Shown: positions 16,654 to 27,730 of the stretch, one piece after another | Position numbering within the stretch: position 1 is the stretch's first letter | Layout: every line of letters starts with the position of its first letter | Assembly: GCA_963701075.1 (NCBI GenBank) | Contig: OY969559.1 | Span: 288,001-352,000, forward strand | DNA: 64,000 nt | Direction of reading: 5' to 3' | Source of the DNA: an uncultured Nitrososphaerota archaeon | GTDB lineage: Archaea; Thermoproteota; Nitrososphaeria; Nitrososphaerales; Nitrosopumilaceae | The notes under the pieces: generated by a model | What the model saw: the letters and a program-made list of their open reading frames with translations, nothing else | What the model was told of the DNA's origin: nothing | The model's database searches: none | Translations under genes and position numbers: made by a program

Positions 16654-18584
16654 ATGACACTTGCAGGAATTGAACTATCTTATCTGGTAAACGAAATATC
16701 CAGCAAGACAAAGGACTATTATGTCAGCAACATTTACGGTATAACTCGCAATAGCCTTCTCTTCAAATTGCATCATCCCGAAAAACCAGATCTTTTGCTC
16801 ATGTTTTCCACATTTGGATTTTGGATTACCAATGTAAAGATAAGCCAGATGGAGGAGAACAGACTGGTAAAGAGACTCAGAAATGATCTTCTTCGCGCCA
16901 GAATTATTAATGTTGAGCAAATTGGTAGTGAGAGAATAGTCCAAGTTACATTTAGCGGTTTCAACCAAGAATTTGTTCTGATTGGGGAATTTTTTGGTGA
17001 CGGTAACATACTTTTGTGCAATAAAGAGATGAAGATCTTATCGCTTCTTCATTCAATTGATGTAAGACATAGAAAGTTAGGGGTTGGCCTAACATATGTT
17101 CCTCCACCATCAAGTGGCTCAGATATTTTCAAAGTGACACAAAAAGATCTAGAGGAGATAAAATCCGCATCTACTGTAACAGTTAGGTGGATTGGCAGAA
17201 CCCTAGGATTACCCTCCAAATATGCTGAGGAGATAATGAAGAGATCCAATGTAGATGGTCAGAGATTGGGAAATACATTGTCTAGCGAAGAAGTTGCCAG
17301 GATATATCAAGCAACAAGAGAGATGATTGAAAAAGTTGTCAGTGGAAAACATGATCCATGCATTGTCCGTGATGATAAGGGAGCAGACGTGTATCCCATA
17401 CCGCTTGGAGACGTTTCACAAAAAAATGTCAGTCAAGTATCTAGTTTTATGGAAGGGTTAGATTCACTATTTTCTGAAAATCTTCTAGAACAGGGAAAGA
17501 CATCACAAACTGATACCGTAAGCCAAAAGATAATAGAGATGGAGCATAAACTTGAGGAGCAAAACAAGGCAATCTCACTGGTTAAGCTGAAGAGCTGAAT
17601 CAATATCCAAGGTTGCCAAAGCTCTCTTTGGTTTGGCATCAATTGGAGTTACATCTATCGAGGATTCAAGAGTTCCACCACTATTGCAAGAACACAATTC
17701 CTCTCTGATGAGAGAAAGTGGCATACTAATGATAAATATCGAGGAAGATAAAGTAAAGATCAACCCACAGTCATCAATTCAAGCCATAGCTTCTATCTTG
17801 TTTAACGAATCAAAACGACAATTAAAAGCAATTGAAACAATAGGGTCAGAAAAAATCAAGACTGAAAAGAATTTGGAGGCATTCAGAAAACAGGCTACCA
17901 TCACACAAAATTCTATTGTTTTTGCAATACAGAAAAAGAAAGAATGGTATGAAAGGTACAGATGGTTTTTCACTTCAGATGGACTTTTGGCAATTGGAGG
18001 ACGAGACGCATCATCCAATTCTTCGGTAATAAGAAAACACCTAGGTAAGGATGACAGAGTCTTCCACGCAGAGATAGTAGGATCACCGTTTTTTATCCTA
18101 AAAGATAGTGAAGATGAGATGACATCAAGTATAACAGAAGTAGCACAGGCTACAGTCTGTTTTAGTAGAGCTTGGAGAGAAGGATTGTACGGATTAAATG
18201 CCTATTGGGTAAAACCAGATCAGATCAAGATGGGAGCACCTACGGGTCAATTTCTTGCAAAGGGCGCATTCCCAATAGAGGGGACTAGAAGTCTTTGTTC
18301 AAGTTTCAAACTTGCAACTAGCCATAGGATTATATCAAAAAAATGACAGTTATGCAATCATGTCTGGTCCACTGTCAGCAGTAAAGATGAGATGCTTGTT
18401 TTATGTAATTATAGAGCCAGCAGGAACTGATATGACGGATCTTGCAAAAAAGATAAGATTAGAATTTTTAAAACTTGCAGAAAATCAAGATGTTGTTAAA
18501 GCATTTAATATTGATGATTTCATACGTGCACTTCCTGCAGGCGATAGCCACATAGTAGAATCAGGTATTGGTCAAGGATATTGA
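16654..18584 (+). CDS. rqcH: Ribosome quality control protein Rqc2/NEMF (NFACT), split by two +1 frameshifts (about 17590 and 18294)
   Basis: NFACT-N (EFFGDGNILL), coiled coil, NFACT-R (WYERYRWFFTSDGLLAIGGRDA, FHAEIVGSP); the three ORFs join after removing one base at each site. Confidence 0.9.
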
Positions 18585-19072
18585 GTACACATAAGCCTAG
18601 TTTTATTGTAGATGCAATGCTTGGGAACTTGGCAAGAAAATTGCGTATTCTTGGCTATGACTCCAAATACGAATCTTCAATTGAGGATTCAGAATTGATT
18701 AAATTTGCAGAGAATCAGAGGCGCGTCATAGTTACAAAAGACGAAAATCTTTCCAAAAGTGCTGAAAAGATAGGCGGCATTACGACAGTACTCATTAGAG
18801 GAAATGATGAAATTGAACAGATTGTACAGATTGCAAAAAAGATCGGTCTTTCAAATTTTGTACTTGATACCAACTCTTCAAGATGTGGAGATTGCAATGA
18901 GAAAATTGAAGCGATTGATAAAATAAGGATCATGGAGAAGGTTCCCCCCAGAATTTATGAAAGACAAGAAAAATTTTGGCGCTGTAAGGGTTGCAAGAAA
19001 ATTTATTGGGAAGGAACTCATTTGGTGAAGATTAAAGAGTTTGTAGAAAAACTAAACCAGCGATTGAGATGA
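18581..19072 (+). CDS. Mut7-C RNase domain protein (DUF82)
   Basis: FIVDAMLGNLARKLRILGYD; RCGDCN; CKGCKKIYWEGTH. Confidence 0.9.
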   Translation: MSTHKPSFIVDAMLGNLARKLRILGYDSKYESSIEDSELIKFAENQRRVIVTKDENLSKSAEKIGGITTVLIRGNDEIEQIVQIAKKIGLSNFVLDTNSSRCGDCNEKIEAIDKIRIMEKVPPRIYERQEKFWRCKGCKKIYWEGTHLVKIKEFVEKLNQRLR

Positions 19073-19671
19073 GTGTAATATCTGATCACGATGGAGAGTT
19101 ACTTGTTAGGACAGCAAGATCAGTTGCCAGGGAATATATCGAAACCGGAAAGAGGGCAACGCTTTCTAGTGAAATCAAATCTAGATTTTCCTTCAATTCT
19201 GGAGTATTTGTTACTCTAAACAAAGAAGAAAATCTCAGAGGATGTATAGGATTTCCAACACCAGATAGAAAACTATACCAATCTCTTGTGGATGCATCTA
19301 TAGCATCAGCAACAGAAGATCCTCGGTTTTTACCTGTAGAATATGATGAATTGGACAAGATTACTTTTGAAGTAACAGTTTTGACTCTTCCAGAAGTGGT
19401 AAAGGTAGAAGATCCATCAAAGTATCCATCTAAGATAAGGGTTGGTAGGGATGGATTAATTGTAAAATGGGAATTTGGTTCTGGTCTTCTACTTCCTCAG
19501 GTTCCTGTAGAATATGGATGGAATGAAGAAGAGTTTCTAAACCATACATGTGAGAAGGCAGGTGCCCCCTTTGATCATTGGAAACAAAAGAGTACGATGA
19601 TTTTACGATTTGAGGGGATTGTATTCAAAGAAACAAAACCAAATGGCTCAGCAGTACGAATAGAATTATAG
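19069..19671 (+). CDS. AMMECR1 domain protein
   Basis: GVFVTL...LRGCIG; DPRF; GLLLPQV. Confidence 0.93.
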   Translation: MSVISDHDGELLVRTARSVAREYIETGKRATLSSEIKSRFSFNSGVFVTLNKEENLRGCIGFPTPDRKLYQSLVDASIASATEDPRFLPVEYDELDKITFEVTVLTLPEVVKVEDPSKYPSKIRVGRDGLIVKWEFGSGLLLPQVPVEYGWNEEEFLNHTCEKAGAPFDHWKQKSTMILRFEGIVFKETKPNGSAVRIEL

Positions 19672-20049
19672 TATTTTGCCTTCTATTGCATCAACTGTGA
19701 TCTCTTGACCATCTTTCAAGGATTCATAGTCTTTCTTTTCTGCCACAACCAATGGAATATTTGAAATTGCACACCCCGATGCTGTTGTAATATCTGCCTT
19801 GAGACATATTATTGCAAGTGGTGCACATTTGTTGTATTTTAATGAGTAAATTGTGTATGCACCGACACTACTGCCTATACCTTTTGGAAAGACAAGAATC
19901 TTGTCTCCTACAAATTTGTCAAAGAGATCATGATTCTCATCCCGTATCCTTCCTGTCATCTTGTCTACACCCCCAAGGAAATTCACGGGATTTTTTGCGC
20001 AAAGTACAGTGCCTTTTGCTTTTCCCTTGACGATTATCCTAACATTCAT
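19666..20049 (-). CDS. Aconitase X swivel domain (DUF126); phosphomevalonate dehydratase small subunit
   Basis: NFLGGVD; ILVFPKGIGSSVGAY; adjacent to DUF521. Confidence 0.88.
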   Translation of the reverse strand: MNVRIIVKGKAKGTVLCAKNPVNFLGGVDKMTGRIRDENHDLFDKFVGDKILVFPKGIGSSVGAYTIYSLKYNKCAPLAIICLKADITTASGCAISNIPLVVAEKKDYESLKDGQEITVDAIEGKIL

Positions 20050-21203
20050 TTTGTTTCCTCTTGAATAATTTGATCAAGATTTTTTAGATTGACATCTACA
20101 CCGTTTGATGTTCTCAGATAATATGCTCCCTTGACGCTGTTTGTAATAACAGAATCAACATCTTCTTTGTCTACAAGTGGCGTCAAACATATACAGCAAT
20201 CATAGAGTACTTCTGCACCGGCTCGGCTTAGCTCTTTGTCATAATTTAGATTTCTAATCTGTCCCTGTATAGCACGTGGACAGAAAATCATACAACGTTT
20301 TCTAAATGATCGTCCTTTTAGTTTAGTTGTCAGATCTGATATTTCCTCTAGTCCGAGTTGTGGACTTCCTAGTGTAATAACATCGCCTGATTCTGCCGTA
20401 TTGAGTTCGTCTTTGACGTTTTTCATTTCTTTATCATCAAAGTCTATCTTTTCTCCCTTCTCCTCTTCTCCAAAAGTAAACATACCACAGCTCCCAGACG
20501 TTCCCATTCCTGCGCATAATGATTTGCAGTGACGTCTGTCTAGTTCTTTTACGCCAGATATAGCAACTGAGCTTCCTGCTTCCTTTCCCGCAAAATATCC
20601 CAGCAATCCGTACGTCAGTTCATCTTTCTGTTTTGTCTTCATTCTTATGGTAAGATTTGGTTTTCTGCCTTCATCGTCTCGCAAATCAGAGTAGATATTC
20701 TTTCCAGTGAGCGCACTTGCCAGTGCACTAAACGCACTTTCCTTGTTAGTTTTTAGAGCAGAAATTGAATTTGCATAAATGGCAGCATTGCTTTCTCCAA
20801 AAGATACTTGGGTTCCTTTTTTTGGGAGCTCAAAGATTTCATATGGAATGCAAGAAAAAGACGGGATGGCACCCATCTTCTCGTATGATTGTTTGATACT
20901 ATGTTGTTTTTTGATAAATTCCTCATCAAGTTCAAACTTTGAAACACTATCAGAATCAAATCCCATTGGATTTACAGTAGTTTTTATCTTAAATTTTGCA
21001 TCTTTGCTAAGATGTGAAAGAAATTCCTCCCCTGCATCACCTATTGTATTGTAATTTACTCCAGATAGATGAGCCCATTCTACTGGAATTAGTTTGTCTG
21101 CCCCTGTAGCCTCCCCTATTGCCACGAGAACTCTGTATGCAAGCGCAAGAGTTTCTCCGTGTTTTCCAGCAAGTGCAGATTCTTCTTCTTTTGTTAGCTC
21201 CAA
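20046..21203 (-). CDS. Aconitase X catalytic subunit (DUF521); phosphomevalonate dehydratase large subunit
   Basis: AHLSGVNYNTIGDAG; SCIPY; ESNAAIYANS; TNSVKGAYY. Confidence 0.9.
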   Translation of the reverse strand: MELTKEEESALAGKHGETLALAYRVLVAIGEATGADKLIPVEWAHLSGVNYNTIGDAGEEFLSHLSKDAKFKIKTTVNPMGFDSDSVSKFELDEEFIKKQHSIKQSYEKMGAIPSFSCIPYEIFELPKKGTQVSFGESNAAIYANSISALKTNKESAFSALASALTGKNIYSDLRDDEGRKPNLTIRMKTKQKDELTYGLLGYFAGKEAGSSVAISGVKELDRRHCKSLCAGMGTSGSCGMFTFGEEEKGEKIDFDDKEMKNVKDELNTAESGDVITLGSPQLGLEEISDLTTKLKGRSFRKRCMIFCPRAIQGQIRNLNYDKELSRAGAEVLYDCCICLTPLVDKEDVDSVITNSVKGAYYLRTSNGVDVNLKNLDQIIQEETK

Positions 21204-21237
21204 TATGATGATCTTGTTATAACAGATATAATAGTTT

Positions 21238-21915
21238 ATGATAAAATATAGTCAGTTGGATAAGATAGGAAAAATTCTAGACGGAATGATAAAGACAATG
21301 GATGCAGTCAAGCCACCTAGAATGACTGCGTTGCGGCAATTACGCGAAGCCGAAAATGGAAGCCCCTTGAGCATTCTTATTGGAACAATACTTTCAGCAC
21401 GAACAAGAGATGAAAATACATCTGCAGTGGTCAGAAAATTATTCTCACAATACAAGACAGCCCGTGCTCTTGCTAGCGCAAAGATTTCAGATATTGAAAA
21501 GATTATCAAATCAACAGGATTTTATCATGTAAAGGCAAAGCGCATAATAGAAGTAGCGGCCATAATAGATTCAAAATATTCTGGTAAAGTACCACAAACA
21601 TTAGATGAACTAGTTGAGCTGCCAGGCGTGGGTCGAAAAACTGCAAATTGTGTTCTGGTTTATGCATTTGACAAGCCTGCTATACCTGTAGATACACATG
21701 TGCATAGAATCTCAAATAGGATTGGACTTGTTCAGACAAAGACTCCTGAAGATACAGAGATTGAGATGATGAAAAAAATTCCAAAAAAGCATTGGATTCG
21801 GATAAATGATACATTTGTCATGTATGGTCAAAATATCTGTAAACCAATATCTCCAATGTGCACAGTCTGTCAGATAAAAAGAGAGTGTAATTATTACAAG
21901 ACTATCTCTTCTTAG
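21238..21915 (+). CDS. nth: Endonuclease III
   Basis: LSARTRD; LPGVGRKTAN; VDTHVHRI; C-terminal 4Fe-4S cysteines. Confidence 0.95.
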   Translation: MIKYSQLDKIGKILDGMIKTMDAVKPPRMTALRQLREAENGSPLSILIGTILSARTRDENTSAVVRKLFSQYKTARALASAKISDIEKIIKSTGFYHVKAKRIIEVAAIIDSKYSGKVPQTLDELVELPGVGRKTANCVLVYAFDKPAIPVDTHVHRISNRIGLVQTKTPEDTEIEMMKKIPKKHWIRINDTFVMYGQNICKPISPMCTVCQIKRECNYYKTISS

Positions 21916-22588
21916 TCTTTATTAAAACGCCAATCAAGACTCCAGTTACTCCAACTACAATAAATGGCAGGTAAAAGATCGGGTTTTGTGCAGGATCTCC
22001 TGAAACTATATTTATGGACACGCTTCCTGAGGATGCGGCTGGAGGGTCAGAAGCTGAATCCAGCCCAGATGCGGCAATATCCCTTACTGTAAATCCTGCT
22101 ACATCCAAATTATCAACAAGCACCTGTTGACCTATTGACGCAGATAGTCCGCCATTACTTGTATGTTGCACTGTTACAATCTGTCCAGGGGTCCATCCAC
22201 CCGTCCTTTCATCTATAATCACAAAGTATCCATCGCTTGGAGTATTGACAGCTACCCATAATCTATAATCTGGAGGACTGCCCATTCCAACCTCGATGAA
22301 TTTCTGTACCGTGGGATCTTCATAGAGTCTGATTATGGCAGTACCATTTGGGTTTGCATATGTGAGCTTATTTTCTATGGTGAGTTGCCAATTAGTAACA
22401 TGTTCATGAGGTAGCTTGAAAATAGTACCATTATCTCTTGGAACATTAAATGCAGCAGCAGGTATCTCAACTGAATCATAATGGACAGATGGGTTCATAG
22501 TAGCTTCTTGGGCATATACCGGTAAAAGTGGCGTTACCAGTAAAAGTACAGCAAGTATCACGCTACGCATAAGATGAGCTGGGTTCAT
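21902..22588 (-). CDS. Hypothetical secreted beta protein with C-terminal TM anchor
   Basis: Signal peptide, beta-rich body, C-terminal TM plus KTKKR. Confidence 0.8.
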   Translation of the reverse strand: MNPAHLMRSVILAVLLLVTPLLPVYAQEATMNPSVHYDSVEIPAAAFNVPRDNGTIFKLPHEHVTNWQLTIENKLTYANPNGTAIIRLYEDPTVQKFIEVGMGSPPDYRLWVAVNTPSDGYFVIIDERTGGWTPGQIVTVQHTSNGGLSASIGQQVLVDNLDVAGFTVRDIAASGLDSASDPPAASSGSVSINIVSGDPAQNPIFYLPFIVVGVTGVLIGVLIKTKKR

Positions 22589-22600
22589 TTCAATAAAAAT

Positions 22601-23732
22601 CTAGTCTACAAACGGATTATTCCAGTTCATAAGGATCTTTGATACCTCTGGTCGGATCATGTATTCTGATGGACTTTGTTTTTCAAGGATCATTGTCCTA
22701 AGCTTGGTGCCACTAAGTTGTTCCTGAAATTCCTGTCCGTGTGGACAATTTCTTTCACTTGCAAAGGACAAGCATTTTTTGCAATAGAAAAAGGCAGGAT
22801 AGAAGATAGGTTCAATTCCAATGTCAGGATAATCGTCAAATATTTTCTGTGAAGCAAAGGGATCATAGTAATTGCCCACACCAGCGTGATCTCTGCCTAT
22901 TATGATGTTAGTACATCCAAAATTCTTTCTCATTATGGCATGATGAATAGCTTCCTTTGGACCTGCGTACCTCATCTCGGTGTGTAGTGTAGCAAGGTGA
23001 CATCTATTCTGCGGATAGTAGTACTTGATCAGCGTCTCATAGGCTGCAACTATTACTTCATCTTTATAATCGCCTGACTTTTTCTTCCCTATCAGAGGGT
23101 TAACAAAAAGTCCATCGTGTGTGTTCAGTGATGCCTTTTGAAGCATCTCATGTGCAACATGAGGCACATTCCTAGTTTGAAATCCAACTATTGTCTTCCA
23201 CCCTGCCTTCTCAAATAGTTCTCTTGTTTCTCTTGGAGTCTTTCTGTATCTACGAATTGGCGTTTCTGCTGGTCTTGTAATATAATCAATTTTGCCTCCA
23301 ACCAGAGATTCCTTCATTGACATGGTTTTTGCTACTCCGGGATGTTTTTCATCAATTGTGCCATAAACTCCCTTTGCTGTTGCATTTTTATCAAAGGTGT
23401 ATACTTCTTCTACATGCAAGACCGCAAAATTTGTACCGTTAACACTTAGAGCAACATCTTTTGCATCTTTCATCTTTGTTGCAGTTTCTTTATCAACATC
23501 AAGTACTATTGGAATTGTCCAAGGAAGGTCATTTGCTAATCTTCCCTTTGTGATCACTTTCTCAAAATCTTCTCGTAGAAGAAATCCCTCAAGCGGACTG
23601 AAAATACCGTCAGATATATTTTCAATATCGCTTGCCAGATCAGCATTGACTTGTATCGAAAACAGGTTATCTTGGTTTTTGCTTGTAGATCTGTCTACTC
23701 AGCTTACCGCCATGTGGTTGTGCAGTACCCAT
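22601..23732 (-). CDS. sat: Sulfate adenylyltransferase; +1 frameshift near 23699
   Basis: [11 protein letters not shown](V)DR joins ...[10 protein letters not shown]; [12 protein letters not shown]; MRYAGPKEA; GRDHAGVG. Confidence 0.93.
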
Positions 23733-23750
23733 ATCATATTACCTATAATG

Positions 23751-24470
23751 TTACTTTCCGTGTTCCGCATGCAATCCACATTCTTTTTGAGGATCTGTTT
23801 CCCACCACCAGCGTCCTGCCCGCAATGGTTCCCCCGGTTTGATTGCACGTGTACAAGGCTCACATCCTATGCTAGGATATCCCTTGTCGTGAAGTTTGTT
23901 GTAAGGTATGTTATTATTCTTAATGTAGTCCCAAGTTTGCTCCCATGTCCATTCAATTATCGGATTTATTTTTATGATGCCGTTGTGTTGCGGATCAGTC
24001 TCAATTCTGTGGACGTTAGACCTCACTTCGGTTTGGTCAGCTCTTAGTCCAGTAATCCATCCATCTACAGTTGAGAGCATCTTCTTGAGTGGATGGACTT
24101 TTCTGATGCCACAGCACAGTTTACGATTTCCCATACTTTGATAAAATAAGTTCATGCCATTGACACGAACCATTTCTTCAACTTCATTAGAATCTGGAAA
24201 CATTACTTCGATGTTCATGTTGTACTTGTTTCTTATCTCATCCATAACATCGTATGTCTCTTGATTTAATCTACCAGTATCAAGCGTAAAGATTCTAGCT
24301 TTTGGATTTATTTTCATCATCATATCAATTACTACAACATCTTCTGCTCCAAAACTTGATGCCATGGCTATTTTGGGATGAAGATTGTCTAATGCCCATT
24401 TGAGAACATCTTGCGGCGTCTTCAGTTTTTCGTTTAACTGCTGTATCTGCTCAGCAGTAAAGTTATGCAT
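23751..24470 (-). CDS. cysH: APS/PAPS reductase (CC...CxxC, Fe-S type)
   Basis: SSFGAED; LCCGIRKV; SIGCEPCT; ECGLH. Confidence 0.93.
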   Translation of the reverse strand: MHNFTAEQIQQLNEKLKTPQDVLKWALDNLHPKIAMASSFGAEDVVVIDMMMKINPKARIFTLDTGRLNQETYDVMDEIRNKYNMNIEVMFPDSNEVEEMVRVNGMNLFYQSMGNRKLCCGIRKVHPLKKMLSTVDGWITGLRADQTEVRSNVHRIETDPQHNGIIKINPIIEWTWEQTWDYIKNNNIPYNKLHDKGYPSIGCEPCTRAIKPGEPLRAGRWWWETDPQKECGLHAEHGK

Positions 24471-24556
24471 AAGAAAACGCATTCATTTTGGTCATATAAT
24501 TATTTAGGTTGATTTTCTATCCTAGAATTATAAATAGTCAAAACACTGGAAATAGA

Positions 24557-25681
24557 ATGAATGAGAAGACTGTACTGGTTGTTTTTCCATCCATTTTCTC
24601 ATTAAATAAGATGGATGGTTTAGAAACAAGTATCTCAACGATTCTCAAGATCAAGAAACAGAGTTTCACTTGTGTGCGAAAGAATAATTCTGTGATAATA
24701 ATAGAAGCAAATGATCCTGTTTTTGCTTCCTCTACGATTGGATCACTTTTTGGTATTGATCGAATAGCTATTGCAAAAGAAGTTAAGAATCAGTTTGATA
24801 CGGTACTTTCTACAATTACAAGTACAAGTATGAATTTGTTGTTGAAAGGTGAGAAATTCTACATCAAGGTTGAAGGAAAATCTGCAGACTACTTGACAAA
24901 AGATTTGGAAGTTGCAGCAACTTCATCTTTAATCGAGAAATCCATCGATCTACAAGTAAAGCCTGGTTTGGAATTAGATCATAGCAGATTGCTTTACACA
25001 TATCTTACAGAATCACATGCTTATGTTTGCATTTTTGTAGATAAGGGACTGGGAGGAATTCCATATAATTCTCAAAAGGAAACTATACTTTGTTGCATAT
25101 ATGACGAGTTATCTGCAATAGCATGTCTGCAAAGCATCAAAATGGGTTTTGATGTAAAGATGATCGTAAGTTACTCAAGTGATTCAGATCTTCTTAAGAT
25201 ATCTAAAATGATAAACAGGATGTTACCATCAATTGTTCAAGAAAAAATTATACTTCAATTCTGTAAAATGCCCAAGACTCAAGATCCATTAATGAAAATT
25301 TTAGTAATGATTTATCTCATGGTGTCAATTGCCTCGTCCAGAAAAATCAAGCGTGTAGCATTACCAATCTTACCCTTTGTATTACCTGTATGGTTTGTAG
25401 AAGAAGGTACGAAAACTGTTTTTCAGAAGAACTTGGTACCATGGCTTCCACTTGCTGGCATGGACTCTAGCATTCTTGAAAATGCTAGGCAAATAGGATT
25501 AGAGAAGTATCTTACAAATCTAGAGAACTTGTGTAAATCAAAATTTACCAAAAGAAACATTCCAAAAAAGAAAATTCAAAAAAACGTTAGCGATGCGTTG
25601 AAAAGCCTTGAATCAATATCGCTAACTGCGGGACCAAAAAATGTATATGATATAATTGATTCTCTGAGAATGAATCATTGA
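24557..25681 (+). CDS. ThiI-like THUMP domain protein with degenerate PP-loop
   Basis: THUMP-like N-terminus, GLGGIP; no SGGxDS motif. Confidence 0.65.
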   Translation: MNEKTVLVVFPSIFSLNKMDGLETSISTILKIKKQSFTCVRKNNSVIIIEANDPVFASSTIGSLFGIDRIAIAKEVKNQFDTVLSTITSTSMNLLLKGEKFYIKVEGKSADYLTKDLEVAATSSLIEKSIDLQVKPGLELDHSRLLYTYLTESHAYVCIFVDKGLGGIPYNSQKETILCCIYDELSAIACLQSIKMGFDVKMIVSYSSDSDLLKISKMINRMLPSIVQEKIILQFCKMPKTQDPLMKILVMIYLMVSIASSRKIKRVALPILPFVLPVWFVEEGTKTVFQKNLVPWLPLAGMDSSILENARQIGLEKYLTNLENLCKSKFTKRNIPKKKIQKNVSDALKSLESISLTAGPKNVYDIIDSLRMNH

Positions 25682-25712
25682 GAATTTAAGTAGGACTAAT
25701 TTAGTTGCATGC

Positions 25713-26945
25713 ATGAAAAAGATAGGCGGGTTCATTAATCCATGGGGAAATGGCCATTTCACCAGAATGATGGCCCTTGATGATGTAATTCGTAAAAACG
25801 TAGAGGATGATCTGGATATTCATTATTCAAGTAGTGGAGAGATTTACCAAAAACTCCTCAAGAGATTCCCTGCAAAAAAGGAGAATCTTCACAATATAGT
25901 AATTCCTACGCCCATCGATGGCAAATGTGGTCCAAGCATTACTTTATCTCTATTTAACATTCTTCTTCCTGTTGCAGGAAGGCAACCTCTTGTTTCAGTG
26001 ATGGCAAAATACCTACTCGCTGAAGGAAAATTGTATGATAAGCAAAAATTTGATCTTGTTATTAATGATGGTGATGTAGGTTCAAACATCATAGCGGAGA
26101 AGAGAAATGTCAAGTCCATCTTTATTACAAATCAATTCAGACCTAAGCTTTGGGTATCACGATCCTTTTTTTATCCTGCAGTAATGTACATATCAAAGAA
26201 GATTGCAAAGGCTACAAAGATAGTTGTTGCAGATTCTCCTCCTCCTTATACTATATGTGAGTACAACCTCAACTTTCCTGAAAGATTAAAGAAAAAAGTA
26301 GTATATGCTGGCCATTTTTCAAGCGGCACTACAATTAATCATGGTCCAAAGTCAGATTTGGAGAAATTGATTGAAAATGTAGATGGTTTTGGATACTGGA
26401 TGATAACTGGTAACAAGTCAACAAATAAGGCAACGTCCACCAAATATGAAAAGGTCTTTCATGCAACTAGAATGAATAATGAGAGAAGGATTGTCTCACA
26501 TGCAAAAAATGACCCTTCCTTGGATAAGGTACTTGGCAAGGACGGTAAGACATACTCAATTTCTGAAGCTTTTGAGAAAAATATTGATTGGATCCAGATA
26601 GATGTGGGATTTCTCTCTGAACAAGAAAAAGACACTGTCTTGAGTTTGTGTAAATATGCTGTGATAAATGGTTCTCATACTGCAATGGGAGAGATACTAG
26701 GAACAAAGGCAAAGCCAATCATAGGAATTCCTGTCTATGACGAACATACAAATCAGATAAAATGGGCTGAAGAGAGAAATCTTGGCATTCTTGCTACCAA
26801 CGTCAAGCAAACAGTGAGTGCAGTTTTTGAAATACACAACAACTACAACAAGTATCAAGAAAATCTGGTAGAATTTGCCAAAAATTATGACAGAGGTGGA
26901 ACCAAGAAAACTGCAAAGATCATTTCAGAAATGCTCGAAGATTAG
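25713..26945 (+). CDS. GT-B glycosyltransferase (GT28/MJ1255-like)
   Basis: WGNGHFTR; NGSHTAMGE; PVYDEH. Confidence 0.8.
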   Translation: MKKIGGFINPWGNGHFTRMMALDDVIRKNVEDDLDIHYSSSGEIYQKLLKRFPAKKENLHNIVIPTPIDGKCGPSITLSLFNILLPVAGRQPLVSVMAKYLLAEGKLYDKQKFDLVINDGDVGSNIIAEKRNVKSIFITNQFRPKLWVSRSFFYPAVMYISKKIAKATKIVVADSPPPYTICEYNLNFPERLKKKVVYAGHFSSGTTINHGPKSDLEKLIENVDGFGYWMITGNKSTNKATSTKYEKVFHATRMNNERRIVSHAKNDPSLDKVLGKDGKTYSISEAFEKNIDWIQIDVGFLSEQEKDTVLSLCKYAVINGSHTAMGEILGTKAKPIIGIPVYDEHTNQIKWAEERNLGILATNVKQTVSAVFEIHNNYNKYQENLVEFAKNYDRGGTKKTAKIISEMLED

Positions 26946-26978
26946 AAAGGATTATAATTTTTAAAATAGAATTTCAAA

Positions 26979-27049
26979 TTCTGGTACGCGGCATTTATCG
27001 ATGGGCGAACTGACCAGTTAGGGATGAAGACATAGACCGCGTACCAGAA
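26979..27049 (+). ncRNA. Candidate small RNA with 13-bp terminal stem and CUGA/GAUGA k-loop (box C/D-like)
   Basis: TTCTGGTACGCGG / CCGCGTACCAGAA perfect stem; internal CTGA-CC-AGTTA-GG-GATGA; TTATAA about 25 nt upstream. Confidence 0.55.
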
Positions 27050-27078
27050 ACTAGCAAAAGCTTTTATGGATAACTCTA

Positions 27079-27312
27079 GTGATCGCGTCATTGACCGAGT
27101 GTCCTGAGTGTGCAGCCAAGGAGGTTCAGATAGAAATGAAATTTGATCCTAACACAAAGCATTTCATTTGTAAAAAATGCGGATTGTTTGCAACCAGAGA
27201 ACAGATAAGCGATATCAAATACAAATTAAATAAACGTGAGAAGACACGAGAAGACAAACATGATGAATATCGTGACTGGTGGCAATCAAGTAAGAAAGAA
27301 AAACAGGGTTAA
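27079..27312 (+). CDS. Small zinc-ribbon protein
   Basis: CPEC...CKKCG. Confidence 0.8.
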   Translation: MIASLTECPECAAKEVQIEMKFDPNTKHFICKKCGLFATREQISDIKYKLNKREKTREDKHDEYRDWWQSSKKEKQG

Positions 27313-27330
27313 TTACAAAGGTGAGCAGAG

Positions 27331-27726
27331 ATGACTAAAGAAATTCCAAAGTGGGTACAAGATGAGATAAAGAATGCTAAATTTGGAAAACCAGAGTCCA
27401 TTACAAGAACAGGTTACATACTTGAGATATACGACAAGGATATGAAAATAGACGCGCAGGTTTACGAAGCTGTAGAAGATGGCAGAAAAATCATAGAAGG
27501 TATGAGTTTGCCAAAAAAGATCAAGCCGTCAGACCTTATGAAAGGTGTCGTCTACGAGTTCACAATCAATGCTTGCAAGGCTCCTTTAGGCAAAAAGCTC
27601 ATAGAATTCCTCAAAAAGGAGATGGAAATCGATATGGATGCAATATATCAATTTGATCTTGCAAGCCTTGAGATGATGGACGTTGATTCTGATTCTGCAA
27701 GTTCTGATGAATCTGAAGAGGAATAA
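27331..27726 (+). CDS. Hypothetical protein with acidic tail
   Basis: Clean 131-aa ORF, co-oriented with the upstream gene, AGGTGA SD-like site. Confidence 0.8.
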   Translation: MTKEIPKWVQDEIKNAKFGKPESITRTGYILEIYDKDMKIDAQVYEAVEDGRKIIEGMSLPKKIKPSDLMKGVVYEFTINACKAPLGKKLIEFLKKEMEIDMDAIYQFDLASLEMMDVDSDSASSDESEEE

Positions 27727-27730
27727 AGCA

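Noticed and set aside
16654-18584. Programmed frameshifting or pseudogenisation of rqc2
   Set aside because: No slippery sites; the same +1 pattern occurs in unrelated genes, so assembly error is more likely.
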